A stretch of DNA of 64,000 nucleotides, taken from a bacterium. Lineage in GTDB: Bacteria; Hinthialibacterota; Hinthialibacteria; Hinthialibacterales; Hinthialibacteraceae. A program made the translations under genes and the position numbers. Location: contig CAXXMV010000003.1 of assembly GCA_963662285.2 (NCBI GenBank), forward strand, positions 64,001-128,000, read 5' to 3'. The notes beneath the pieces were generated by a model. It was given only the letters and a program-made list of their open reading frames with translations, did not search any database and was not told where the DNA came from. The stretch's first letter is position 1. Each line of letters begins with the position of its first letter. Positions 28,832-37,757 of this stretch are shown piece by piece.

Positions 28832-29066
28832 TTCTCCACCCAAGCCTGGGGGGAGTTAGAGGGGGGTTGAAGTGCAACCCCCTCCTAGCTGGGCGCCAAG
28901 GGCAAGAGCGCATTGCGCTCAGCCCTTGATCAAACCACCAATGATAGGGTGAAATTCCTTAACTTAATGACATTGCCTTTTATAGGCGCCCGATAAGCCC
29001 GACAATCCGGGTATGGGAAAAAACAAAGAGGATTCGTGGTCGGGTAACCACAAGGGTTACCCCTAC
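28832..29066. repeat. Composite REP cluster (families C, D, B)
   Basis: CTCCACCCAAGCCTGGGGGGAGTTAGAGGGGGG, GGGCGCCAAGGGCAAGAGCGCATTGCGCTCAGCCCTTGATC (28891-28931) and CGGGTAACCACAAGGGTTACCCCTAC (29041-29066). Confidence 0.75.
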
Positions 29067-29109
29067 GGTTATATAATAATCGTTACTCTATACAAAGGAA
29101 ACTAATAAA

Positions 29110-29694
29110 ATGAAACCAAGATCAATTCTATTGTTAATCGCATGTGGATGTTTAGCCGTGGTAGTCACGGCAGTGGCGGCGCAGAAGATATCCTATGCCC
29201 ACAAGTATCATGATCACGCAAAGAAAGAGTCTCCCAAGATGCATACAGAGGTTGAATTCCGCCCATCAACCATGAAGGAATTAGAGCGCTTCCATGGTCA
29301 CGTCGGACCGTTCGTCGTATTCGGATCACACATGGGAGAGTACGCTGTGACCAAATATGACATGCCAAGATATTTCGGCGTCACGGTTGAAGTCGAATGT
29401 CCCGCCCAGCCGCCCCACTCCTGCTTGATTGATGGTTTGATGGTTTCAACCGGCGCCACCTATGGCAAGAAGAATATCCATCATACCCACGCTAAAGATA
29501 TACGCGTCATCATTTCAGATGATGAAACCGGCGCACAAGTGATTTTCACCATCAAAAAATCAGCTCTGGATATGCTGAAAAAGTGGGAAGAAGAAAATAT
29601 GCCCGTTCCGGAACGCGGAGCAAAATCGTTCGCTATGAAATCCGAGGATTTATTTGATATTGAATACGTTAAAGGCGCAGTGGAATCAAATTAG
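29110..29694 (+). CDS. Exported FmdE-family protein
   Basis: Signal peptide, FHGHVGPFVVFG and SCLIDGL..STGATYGKKNI motifs. Confidence 0.8.
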   Translation: MKPRSILLLIACGCLAVVVTAVAAQKISYAHKYHDHAKKESPKMHTEVEFRPSTMKELERFHGHVGPFVVFGSHMGEYAVTKYDMPRYFGVTVEVECPAQPPHSCLIDGLMVSTGATYGKKNIHHTHAKDIRVIISDDETGAQVIFTIKKSALDMLKKWEEENMPVPERGAKSFAMKSEDLFDIEYVKGAVESN

Positions 29695-29845
29695 ACTCAG
29701 CCTAATCTGATACTATGTATTGTACTCAGTTCAACTCATAATGCCGGATAACCAAGTCCTCTCTCCCACCATGTTCCCGCTTTTTCAACCGGGAGAGGGA
29801 AAAGGTGAGGGGGGCGTAACAAAAAATCCTAATCCAAAAAGGTAC

Positions 29846-29874
29846 AAAAAAAGGGCGGCCAAGCCGCCCTTTTT
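29846..29874. terminator. Bidirectional intrinsic terminator
   Basis: A7-GGGCGGC-CAA-GCCGCCC-T5 between convergent genes. Confidence 0.85.
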
Positions 29875-29901
29875 GCATTATAGGTTCTAAATCAAAAACT
29901 A

Positions 29902-31320
29902 TTAATAAAGCGACCATTGATCAACATCAGTAACGCCGATCAAGTAACGCCCATAACCATAGACCTGACTCAAATACAGAATCTCACACGCGCCATCACC
30001 CATACCGGGCAGAGGATTGATCTTAATCTGGCTCATCAGACCATTCCAGACCGCAGCGGATGAACTGGCGTAAGAAGGTTCATCCGATTCAACAGGTGGA
30101 CGCTCTTTGGTAACGCCGAATACTACATCACCTAGAAAATCGCCCAGCGTATCACCGGCAACTGAATAAGCAGTGACGAATCCCGGTTGGTCGATAATGT
30201 CTCCATTACCCTGCGAGTTCCATCTAGGAGACGTCGCAACAACGAAATAATCCAATCCCTGATAGGTGGCCGCATCACTGGGTGATCCAGCAACCAAAGC
30301 GTGATTATATCCATCAGCGTCGTCCGGAGGGAACATCATAAACAATTCGCCGTCATCCTTCACAAAGGTTGATCCATCCCAATAATACCGCCACACGCCG
30401 CTTCCGGAAATATTTCCGGCGCCATAAATAACCTCTTCACCATCATCATTAATAACCAGGTCGCTGCAAGCGCCCGCTTCACCGAAGCAGCCATTTTTCT
30501 CTTCAGCATAAGCGCCTCGAATGGTCCAGGTATTGGTAGTGGCATCCACATCAAAAACCCGCGTCTTCATGCCATTACGCCATGTTTTACCCGACAAGAT
30601 AGCTTTCGTATTAGCGCCTGAACCTGAAATTTCAACGTCGCCCCAACGCCACTGCGACAGACGGTCAGTGCCGCCATGATTGCGGTAATCCTGCTCATAA
30701 ACCACAGTCGGACCGCTGAAGCCGCCCTGACCGTCAGGGTCGTAGCGCAAAATCATATACCAATAACCCAGGTAAATAACGCCATCATCGGATACGTCAA
30801 AATTCATATACTCAGGAGCGCTTTCTTCACCTGAAACAAAACGGCGGTTCTTCGGGTCGCCCCATCCCTCAATTGCGGGATTCCCACTGCCGCCGTCGAT
30901 CATCGACTCATATTCAGCCGAAAGTTCCACCGGCTTGAATCCGACATGAATCGCTACGCCCATCGGCGCTCCTGTATCAGGATCAATCCACAGAATAGAA
31001 CGGTCAGGATACTGAGCAGCTAGAGCCGCGTCATGATTAGGATCGGTCTCATCAATTCCATTATCCCGAACGCCCAGCATCAGACGGGTTTCATCGTAAC
31101 GGATAAAACCATCATACTGATCATGCAGGTTCACGCCATACCAAGGACCGTCTTCAGGGTCGCCATCCCAACGTGGATCAGGATCGCCATTAACCAGGAT
31201 CGGCAAAACTCCGCCGCCATCAATCAACGTATGCTCCCAGGCAGGAACAATCTCCAAAGCCCAGGTTGATGTAATGCAAACCAAAGCCATAATTCCACAT
31301 AAAACAAATGCCTTTTTCAT
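29902..31320 (-). CDS. Secreted acidic beta-rich protein with C-terminal VDQWSLY motif
   Basis: Signal peptide MKKAFVLC...TWA-L after AAGGAAGG. D/G/W-rich, beta-propeller-like composition. Confidence 0.75.
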   Translation of the reverse strand: MKKAFVLCGIMALVCITSTWALEIVPAWEHTLIDGGGVLPILVNGDPDPRWDGDPEDGPWYGVNLHDQYDGFIRYDETRLMLGVRDNGIDETDPNHDAALAAQYPDRSILWIDPDTGAPMGVAIHVGFKPVELSAEYESMIDGGSGNPAIEGWGDPKNRRFVSGEESAPEYMNFDVSDDGVIYLGYWYMILRYDPDGQGGFSGPTVVYEQDYRNHGGTDRLSQWRWGDVEISGSGANTKAILSGKTWRNGMKTRVFDVDATTNTWTIRGAYAEEKNGCFGEAGACSDLVINDDGEEVIYGAGNISGSGVWRYYWDGSTFVKDDGELFMMFPPDDADGYNHALVAGSPSDAATYQGLDYFVVATSPRWNSQGNGDIIDQPGFVTAYSVAGDTLGDFLGDVVFGVTKERPPVESDEPSYASSSAAVWNGLMSQIKINPLPGMGDGACEILYLSQVYGYGRYLIGVTDVDQWSLY

Positions 31321-31499
31321 ATTCACCTTCCTTTTTCCAATAGGTTTTTAAAATAATACATACCGTAAATCATAACAATAATACTATATCATTTCCCCCT
31401 CAACGACAAAATTTTTAATAAATAAATTTTGTCCTCTTTTCATTAACCACAATCCAAAAATCATCTATAGTTAATAAAAATTCAGGAGATTAATACCAA

Positions 31500-33827
31500 A
31501 TGACTTTTTCATTCCGAATAACTCTATGCGCATTAATAATCGCATCAAGCCTCTTCGACTCTTCAGCTGATGCTGACAACAGGAACTTACGGTTATGGTA
31601 TAACCAACCAGCCCAGCAATGGGTCGAAGCGCTGCCCATCGGCAATGGCAGCCTGGGCGCTATGGTATTCGGCGGCGTCAAACTGGAGCGCATCCAATTC
31701 AATCAGGACACCCTCTGGACCGGCGCACCCCGCGACTACATCAATCCCAGAGCACTGGAAACCCTTCCCAAAGTCCGCCAATTACTATTTGAAGGCAAAC
31801 AGATGGAAGCCGACAAAACCGCCAGCGATATGATGAGCATCCCGCTAAGACAGGAATCTTATCAACCATTCGGCGATGTCTACCTCGATTTCCCCGAACT
31901 GGAAACTGCCGAAGAATATGTCCGCGAACTCGATCTCGATCATGCCCTATCACGGGTATCATACAAAGTTAACGGCGTAACTTATAAAAGAGAAATACTG
32001 TCCAGTTTCGTCGATCAAGTAATCGTCATGCGCATCACGGCTGATCAACCTGGATCGATTCACTGCATCATCACCAAAACCTCTCCCCACTCCAATGGAA
32101 CAACCACCAATACCATCAAGGGCAAAACTGGATTAATCATACTCAGCGGTCAATTGCAGGACTACCACAAAGATCGTGAAAAACTGACGAAACCAAGCAT
32201 ATTGCGCTTCGAGTCGCAGCTTCGCATCGAATCGCCTGATGGTGAAATCTACAAACTGGGACAAGGCATCGAAATCAAACAAGCCTCAGAAATCATCCTC
32301 AAATTATGCGCCGCCACCAGTTATAAGAATTTCCGCGACATCGGCAATGATCCCGCCAAAATATGCGCTCAAACTATATCTCAAACAGCCGATAAATCCT
32401 ATCAAGAATTGAAAGATAGGCACATCGCTGATTACCAGAACCTGTTTAACCGCGTAGCAATCAACCTGGGCGATTCCGAAGCATCAAAACTGCCCACCGA
32501 TCAACGCATTGCAGACTTCACCAAAAACAATGATCCCGAATTGCTCGAAATATATTTCCAATATGCGCGTTATCTTCTCATCTCCAGTTCACGTCCCGGC
32601 AGCCAACCAGCCAACCTTCAGGGAATCTGGAACTATCAAATCCAACCTCCCTGGGATAGTAAATGGACCACTAACATCAACACCGAAATGAACTACTGGC
32701 CAGCGGAAATGTGCAACCTCTCTGAATGCCACCAAGCCCTCTACGACATGATTGATGACCTGACCATCACCGGCGCTAAAGTCGCCCGCGAACATTATGG
32801 ATGCCGGGGCTGGGTGCTTCATCATAACACCGATATCTGGCGCGGGGCCGCCCCCATCAACGCCGCCAATCACGGCATCTGGATGACCGGCGGCGCATGG
32901 CTTTGCCAACACCTCTGGTGGGGATACGAGTTCACTCAGGATAAGGAATTCCTCAAAAACCGCGCATATCCTGTCATGAAGCAAGCCGCATTATTCTTCG
33001 TCGATTTCCTCGTAGAAGATCCCCGCTCAGGCTTCCTCATCAGCGCCCCTTCCAATTCACCTGAAAACGGAGGTTTAGCGGCCGGACCAACTATGGATCA
33101 TCAAATCATCCGCAACCTGTTCGCCAACTGCATCACGGCCAGTGAAACGCTTGGAGTTGACAAAGCCTTCCGCAATAAACTAACCAAATTACGCCAAAAA
33201 ATAGCGCCCAACAAAATCGGGCAATATGGTCAACTCCAGGAATGGTTAGAAGACAAAGACGATCCCAAAAACCAACACCGCCACGTTTCCCATCTCTGGG
33301 GTCTGCATCCCGGTAATGAAATCACACCGCTAAAAACGCCTGACTTGGCTGAGGCCTGCAAAGTAACCCTATCCCATCGAGGCGATGGTGGAACAGGTTG
33401 GAGCAAAGCGTGGAAAGTCAACTTCTGGGCGCGGCTGCACGAAGGCGCCCATTCCTATAAAATGCTCAGCGAACTGATCGACAAAAGCACTCTGCCCAAC
33501 ATGTTCGATTCCCACCCGCCATTTCAGATCGACGGCAATTTCGGCGGAACGTCGGGCATAACCGAAATGCTTCTACAAAGCCACGACGGCCAGATTCATC
33601 TACTTCCAGCCCTACCCGACGCTCTCGCCCAGGGATCAGTATCAGGCCTATGCGCACGGGGAGGATTCGAAATCGACCTAACCTGGAAAAACGGCGCCTT
33701 AGAATCAGCAGCCATCCTATCCAAAGCAGGACAACCATTAATCCTGCGCTATAAAGACAAAGTAATAAAAATGAAAACTCAAAGCAACCAGACATACATT
33801 TTCGATCAAAACCTAAAAAGACAATAA
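31500..33827 (+). CDS. Glycoside hydrolase family 95 (alpha-L-fucosidase/L-galactosidase type)
   Basis: WVEALPIGNG.LGAM, RYLLISSSRPGSQPANLQGIWN, NINTEMNYW, HRHVSHL and HPPFQIDGNFG. Signal peptide present. Confidence 0.96.
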   Translation: MTFSFRITLCALIIASSLFDSSADADNRNLRLWYNQPAQQWVEALPIGNGSLGAMVFGGVKLERIQFNQDTLWTGAPRDYINPRALETLPKVRQLLFEGKQMEADKTASDMMSIPLRQESYQPFGDVYLDFPELETAEEYVRELDLDHALSRVSYKVNGVTYKREILSSFVDQVIVMRITADQPGSIHCIITKTSPHSNGTTTNTIKGKTGLIILSGQLQDYHKDREKLTKPSILRFESQLRIESPDGEIYKLGQGIEIKQASEIILKLCAATSYKNFRDIGNDPAKICAQTISQTADKSYQELKDRHIADYQNLFNRVAINLGDSEASKLPTDQRIADFTKNNDPELLEIYFQYARYLLISSSRPGSQPANLQGIWNYQIQPPWDSKWTTNINTEMNYWPAEMCNLSECHQALYDMIDDLTITGAKVAREHYGCRGWVLHHNTDIWRGAAPINAANHGIWMTGGAWLCQHLWWGYEFTQDKEFLKNRAYPVMKQAALFFVDFLVEDPRSGFLISAPSNSPENGGLAAGPTMDHQIIRNLFANCITASETLGVDKAFRNKLTKLRQKIAPNKIGQYGQLQEWLEDKDDPKNQHRHVSHLWGLHPGNEITPLKTPDLAEACKVTLSHRGDGGTGWSKAWKVNFWARLHEGAHSYKMLSELIDKSTLPNMFDSHPPFQIDGNFGGTSGITEMLLQSHDGQIHLLPALPDALAQGSVSGLCARGGFEIDLTWKNGALESAAILSKAGQPLILRYKDKVIKMKTQSNQTYIFDQNLKRQ

Positions 33828-33859
33828 ACTCTGAACAAGAAAAAATGAAAGCCTGTACA

Positions 33860-33901
33860 AAAAGAACGCCCGGACTTCAAAAAAAATCCGGGCGTTCTTT
33901 T
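33860..33901. terminator. Bidirectional terminator
   Basis: AAAAGAACGCCCGGA...TCCGGGCGTTCTTTT between convergent genes. Confidence 0.85.
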
Positions 33902-33917
33902 CATAGTTTGTATATGC

Positions 33918-34847
33918 CTAATGCATCTCCGTACTGCACTCGCCAATCCCGCCGCGATAGAAGTTAAACTGCACATTAGGATGATCAGCCAATAAAGACA
34001 TCGGCACTGCGCTATCAGCAATCCCCTTACCGATCATCAGCGTGGTCAAACGCATTCCGAAGGGGTTGTCGTGCGTCCCGGCCTGCCAGATAGAAACCTT
34101 CTCCGCCTGCCAGGTCTGCACTGGACCAACCGTAACCGCCTGCATAGGAACTCCGGTAACCACTCCACCGCCGCTAGTGCGGGCGTTCTGCATACAAGTT
34201 ACGGGATGCAGGTCAACGATGCGGGTGGCCAGTTTTCTATACTCCTCCGGCGCAGGCGGCTGGTCTTTATAATCACTATCTCTTCTCAGTGGATCATTAA
34301 ACGCCCAATGCTTGATATCGCCCTGTCCGCCCTGCATGACGGCGCAACGTACGCCATCCCAGCTCTTGATATATTCACTGACATCCGCTTTGGGAAAATG
34401 CAGGTTAACATCAGGCATACATAGTTTCTTATTGATTCTATCAAAGCAAAGCTCGCGATCAGCTTTTTCAAACGACAATGGATGAGTTACATCAACCGCC
34501 TTACCATCTTCGATCCATTCGTCCATGCCCCAGAAATGCGCGTCGCCCAGATTTAGTTCTAACTCATTGACTAACCGCGCAACCAATGGCAATTGTTCAG
34601 TCGGACCGATGGGGCCGCAAACTCCTACCGGATTATCCGCCGTAGACTGTTTCCATGCAGTGATATATTCCAACGCTTCAGCCAGATAGAAATCTTCCAG
34701 CGTATCATAGAAAACCACCTTGAATCCATCGCGCGACATCCCCAGCATATCCTCTGGAGTCAGCCGGGCTGCGTCATTCAGGATATCATCTTCCAAAGTG
34801 GTAAAATCCCACCAATCCGGCGCCAACATACTTATTTTTCGAGCCAT
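33918..34847 (-). CDS. Glucosamine-6-phosphate isomerase/deaminase (NagB)-like protein, divergent
   Basis: [50 protein letters not shown]. Confidence 0.8.
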   Translation of the reverse strand: MARKISMLAPDWWDFTTLEDDILNDAARLTPEDMLGMSRDGFKVVFYDTLEDFYLAEALEYITAWKQSTADNPVGVCGPIGPTEQLPLVARLVNELELNLGDAHFWGMDEWIEDGKAVDVTHPLSFEKADRELCFDRINKKLCMPDVNLHFPKADVSEYIKSWDGVRCAVMQGGQGDIKHWAFNDPLRRDSDYKDQPPAPEEYRKLATRIVDLHPVTCMQNARTSGGGVVTGVPMQAVTVGPVQTWQAEKVSIWQAGTHDNPFGMRLTTLMIGKGIADSAVPMSLLADHPNVQFNFYRGGIGECSTEMH

Positions 34848-34898
34848 GTCTTTACCTCCCCTGACTTATATTTTTTTTAATATGTGACGAGACGGGAC

Positions 34899-34939
34899 GG
34901 GCGCCAAGGGCAAGACCGCATTGCGGTCAGCCTTTGATC
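34899..34939 (+). repeat. REP family D copy
   Basis: GGGCGCCAAGGGCAAGACCGCATTGCGGTCAGCCTTTGATC, matching 28891, 58631 (inverted) and 63484 (inverted). Confidence 0.85.
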
Positions 34940-34992
34940 AAACCACCTAATATATACAAATCCCGCTATTTATCACTAAACCATCACTATAA

Positions 34993-35745
34993 CTATATAG
35001 TATGACAAGTCCCTACAGGTAATATTTCCTCAAGGATATTGTCTTTCGGATAAGCATGACCTCTATGCTGCCGGAAACCTTCCGCATATTCAACTCCGAT
35101 CATGCCTCCCCGGTTGGCCGACCACTCCTTCATGGAAATTATATACTGATCCACCCCATGATGAGCGCGCAGCCATTCCCGTTGCGATTGATGACAACCC
35201 AGCATCTGCTCTTTTAACTCTATTGAGGTAGTAATGTCAACGCAAAAATCCGGCTGGATCGAATTTCCGAAATGGTCAGTTCCTTCAAGCGGATCCATAT
35301 AATATAGAGCAGGAATCTTATTAATTGGTTTTGCGCCGTTGGTTTCATAATTCCGTATGCCAGCCACAAAACATGCGTTGCGCGTCAAAACCGATGCGCC
35401 TTCATGATCCGCCATATAATCAACCGGAGAAGCGGTTATCACGATATCAGGATTGATATTACGCAGACATTCAGTCACCTTGCGGCGGCTGGCGTCATCA
35501 TCGAATATTTCAAAATCCCTCATTTCGATGCAGGTATAACTGGCGCCCAGCAGATCCGCCGCATGTTTGGCCTCTATCCGGCGTATCTCTGATATCTCGT
35601 CCTGCGATTTATCCGGCGTCCCTTTATCTCCGGGACTCATGGTGGCGATAGCGATATCGTGTCCACGCTGCTTCAGCAAAGTCAAAGTACCAGCGCACAA
35701 AAATTCAACATCATCCGGGTGCGCATGAATAGCAAGTATTTTCAT
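34993..35745 (-). CDS. PIG-L/LmbE family N-acetyl-sugar deacetylase
   Basis: AHPDDVE, R..EA..AA..LG, DYMADHE, HQSQ and YAEGF. Confidence 0.92.
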   Translation of the reverse strand: MKILAIHAHPDDVEFLCAGTLTLLKQRGHDIAIATMSPGDKGTPDKSQDEISEIRRIEAKHAADLLGASYTCIEMRDFEIFDDDASRRKVTECLRNINPDIVITASPVDYMADHEGASVLTRNACFVAGIRNYETNGAKPINKIPALYYMDPLEGTDHFGNSIQPDFCVDITTSIELKEQMLGCHQSQREWLRAHHGVDQYIISMKEWSANRGGMIGVEYAEGFRQHRGHAYPKDNILEEILPVGTCHTI

Positions 35746-35757
35746 TAGAGCGCCTTA

Positions 35758-36780
35758 TTAGGATATAACAACCGTCTGGCCGGTATTAGCGGATTCTTCC
35801 GCCGCAAAACAGACTTCCATAACATGAGCGGCGTATTCAATCGGCGTGTCTGAATCAATACCCTTGGTGATGCAATCAACGAAATGATCGATCTCGCCCT
35901 GGAATGGATGATGACTTACATCACCGCTATCCGGCAAAATGGTTGGAATGGTAGAGAATCCAGTTTGTCCCGGCATGATATCTGAATAGAACTGATTATC
36001 TCTAATAGTTCCCTTGGAACCGAAAAGCCGGATGGGAAACATATAAGGCGACTTGCATTCAATCGAGCTGGTAACCTTGCCGATCTTACCATTGTCAAAC
36101 TTGCACATTGAAACAATGGTTGGATCATACTCATAGGTCTTATAATCTTCAGCGGTAGAATGAGTGGAAAAAGCATGAATTTCCTTAACTCGCCCCCCCA
36201 TAAACCAGATCAAGCCATCAAGCGCATGGCATCCCGCCGAAAGCAGCGAGTTGCCCCCGGCTTTCTTGGTCCGGTTCCACTCAAATTGCTTATACCAGGG
36301 GCCGATGCCGTGATAATAATCGACCTCGCCATAATATAAATCTCCCAGGGTATTATTATCGATCAACGAACGGATAATGGAAAACAATGGATTCCATCTC
36401 AAGACAAAACTTACGATAGACTTGGTATTATGTTCTTTAACTGATTTAACCAACTGGTTCATTTCTTCACGCCCCAGCGCGATAGGTTTCTCCAAAACAA
36501 TCTGCGCCCCGCTCTCAATAGCGCATAAGGCATGTTCCACATGTAGATGAGGCGGTGAAGTGATCGAAATAATATCCGGTTTTTCGTTGCGAATCATAGA
36601 TTCAATCGAATCGAAGCACGAAACCGATAAGTCGCACTCATCAGCCTTTTGGGTTGCTTCTTCGGTAGACAAAGAAGCCAATCCGACGATTTCAACATTA
36701 GGGTTATTCTGATAAGCCCGGATATGCTCTCCGGCAACCCAGCCGCAACCAACTAAACCAACACGATATTTTGGCGCCAT
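35758..36780 (-). CDS. Gfo/Idh/MocA family oxidoreductase
   Basis: GLVGCGWVA Rossmann motif, LEKPIA and GCHALD. Confidence 0.92.
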   Translation of the reverse strand: MAPKYRVGLVGCGWVAGEHIRAYQNNPNVEIVGLASLSTEEATQKADECDLSVSCFDSIESMIRNEKPDIISITSPPHLHVEHALCAIESGAQIVLEKPIALGREEMNQLVKSVKEHNTKSIVSFVLRWNPLFSIIRSLIDNNTLGDLYYGEVDYYHGIGPWYKQFEWNRTKKAGGNSLLSAGCHALDGLIWFMGGRVKEIHAFSTHSTAEDYKTYEYDPTIVSMCKFDNGKIGKVTSSIECKSPYMFPIRLFGSKGTIRDNQFYSDIMPGQTGFSTIPTILPDSGDVSHHPFQGEIDHFVDCITKGIDSDTPIEYAAHVMEVCFAAEESANTGQTVVIS

Positions 36781-36908
36781 TTTTCTCATCCTCATTTTTA
36801 TATAATAGAATCAAATATTTTATTTGTGCCGCACTATTACAATACCACATCTCAATAATAAATTAAACACTGATAAAAGCGCTTAACAAAAAACTGTTAA
36901 TTCAATAT

Positions 36909-36999
36909 GTAGGGTGCGCCCCTTGTGGGCGCCCGGAATTTCCAGCCACAAACGATAGATGCTTCTCCTCTCCCACCGGGAGAGGGAAAGGGTGAGGGG
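36909..36999. repeat. REP cluster (families B and C)
   Basis: GTAGGGTGCGCCCCTTGTGGGCGCCCG (36909-36935) and TCTCCTCTCCCACCGGGAGAGGGAAAGGGTGAGGGG (36964-36999). Confidence 0.8.
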
Positions 37000-37025
37000 A
37001 TATGTTCAAACACTTAATTATAAAC

Positions 37026-37054
37026 AAAAAAATGCGCCAGAGGTCATCTGGCGC
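37026..37054 (-). terminator. Intrinsic terminator
   Basis: Minus strand GCGCCAGA-TGACC-TCTGGCGC-A-T7. Confidence 0.8.
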
Positions 37055-37186
37055 CAACGGGGCACAAGGCCCCCAGGGTTGAGGGCGATGAGGGAGGAGT
37101 TCCAATACTACCATGAGGAATGGTGATACTCCTCTCACATCGTGGTTGCTAAATTTGGGTGTTGCTCGCTGCTCTCTTTTTCTTCT

Positions 37187-37501
37187 TTACACCTCGTCCA
37201 GGTCCCGGATTTTGTTGTGCTTTAAGGTTTGTACGTATTCATCGAGTTCCTGTAAGGTCATGTGATGATTAAAATTCACTTTCTGCATTTTAGGCTTGAG
37301 CAACGTATCTTTTCCTGCGAACTGCTTATCTGGATCAATGTCTATATATTGTAGCGCTTGATTCGACTTATTTCTCTTATTCATTTTCTTCCGCCCTGGT
37401 TCCCAGAAATAAACGATAAGCATGGCGGTTATAATCGTTAGGCAGATTAGGATTTTGATGCTTAGTGGTACTGTATATTCCAGGAACCCAATCATCCTCA
37501 T
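37187..37501 (-). CDS. Small single-TM hypothetical protein
   Basis: 104 aa with an N-terminal TM followed by a basic patch, and a sigma54-like promoter upstream. Confidence 0.6.
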   Translation of the reverse strand: MRMIGFLEYTVPLSIKILICLTIITAMLIVYFWEPGRKKMNKRNKSNQALQYIDIDPDKQFAGKDTLLKPKMQKVNFNHHMTLQELDEYVQTLKHNKIRDLDEV

Positions 37502-37541
37502 CGCCTTTGCTTCGTTTTGTTTGCTTACGATCTCTCATTAA

Positions 37542-37558
37542 AGCAAAGGCGATGCCAA
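37542..37558 (-). promoter_or_regulatory. sigma54 (-24/-12) promoter
   Basis: Minus strand TTGGCATCGCCTTTGCT fits GG-N10-GC, about 40 bp upstream of the 37501 start. Confidence 0.65.
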
Positions 37559-37757
37559 CTTCATTTTAACACACTTAACTAACTGTAATAATTAAACTTA
37601 TGCAATCCTTTCAATATGACAGTCAATTTGAAAGTGTAGAAATATTTGCTCTTTTTTACTACCTACCCGGTAAATAATTCCTTTAATGGCTCTTTCTTAT
37701 CTACCGAAACTATTATTTTTCAAGGTCTTGCAAGTATTTATAAATCCGTACCCGCAA

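Noticed and set aside
29735-29760. IMPDN peptide as a second RAYT HUH remnant
   Set aside because: It lacks the HxH residues and any further supporting motif.
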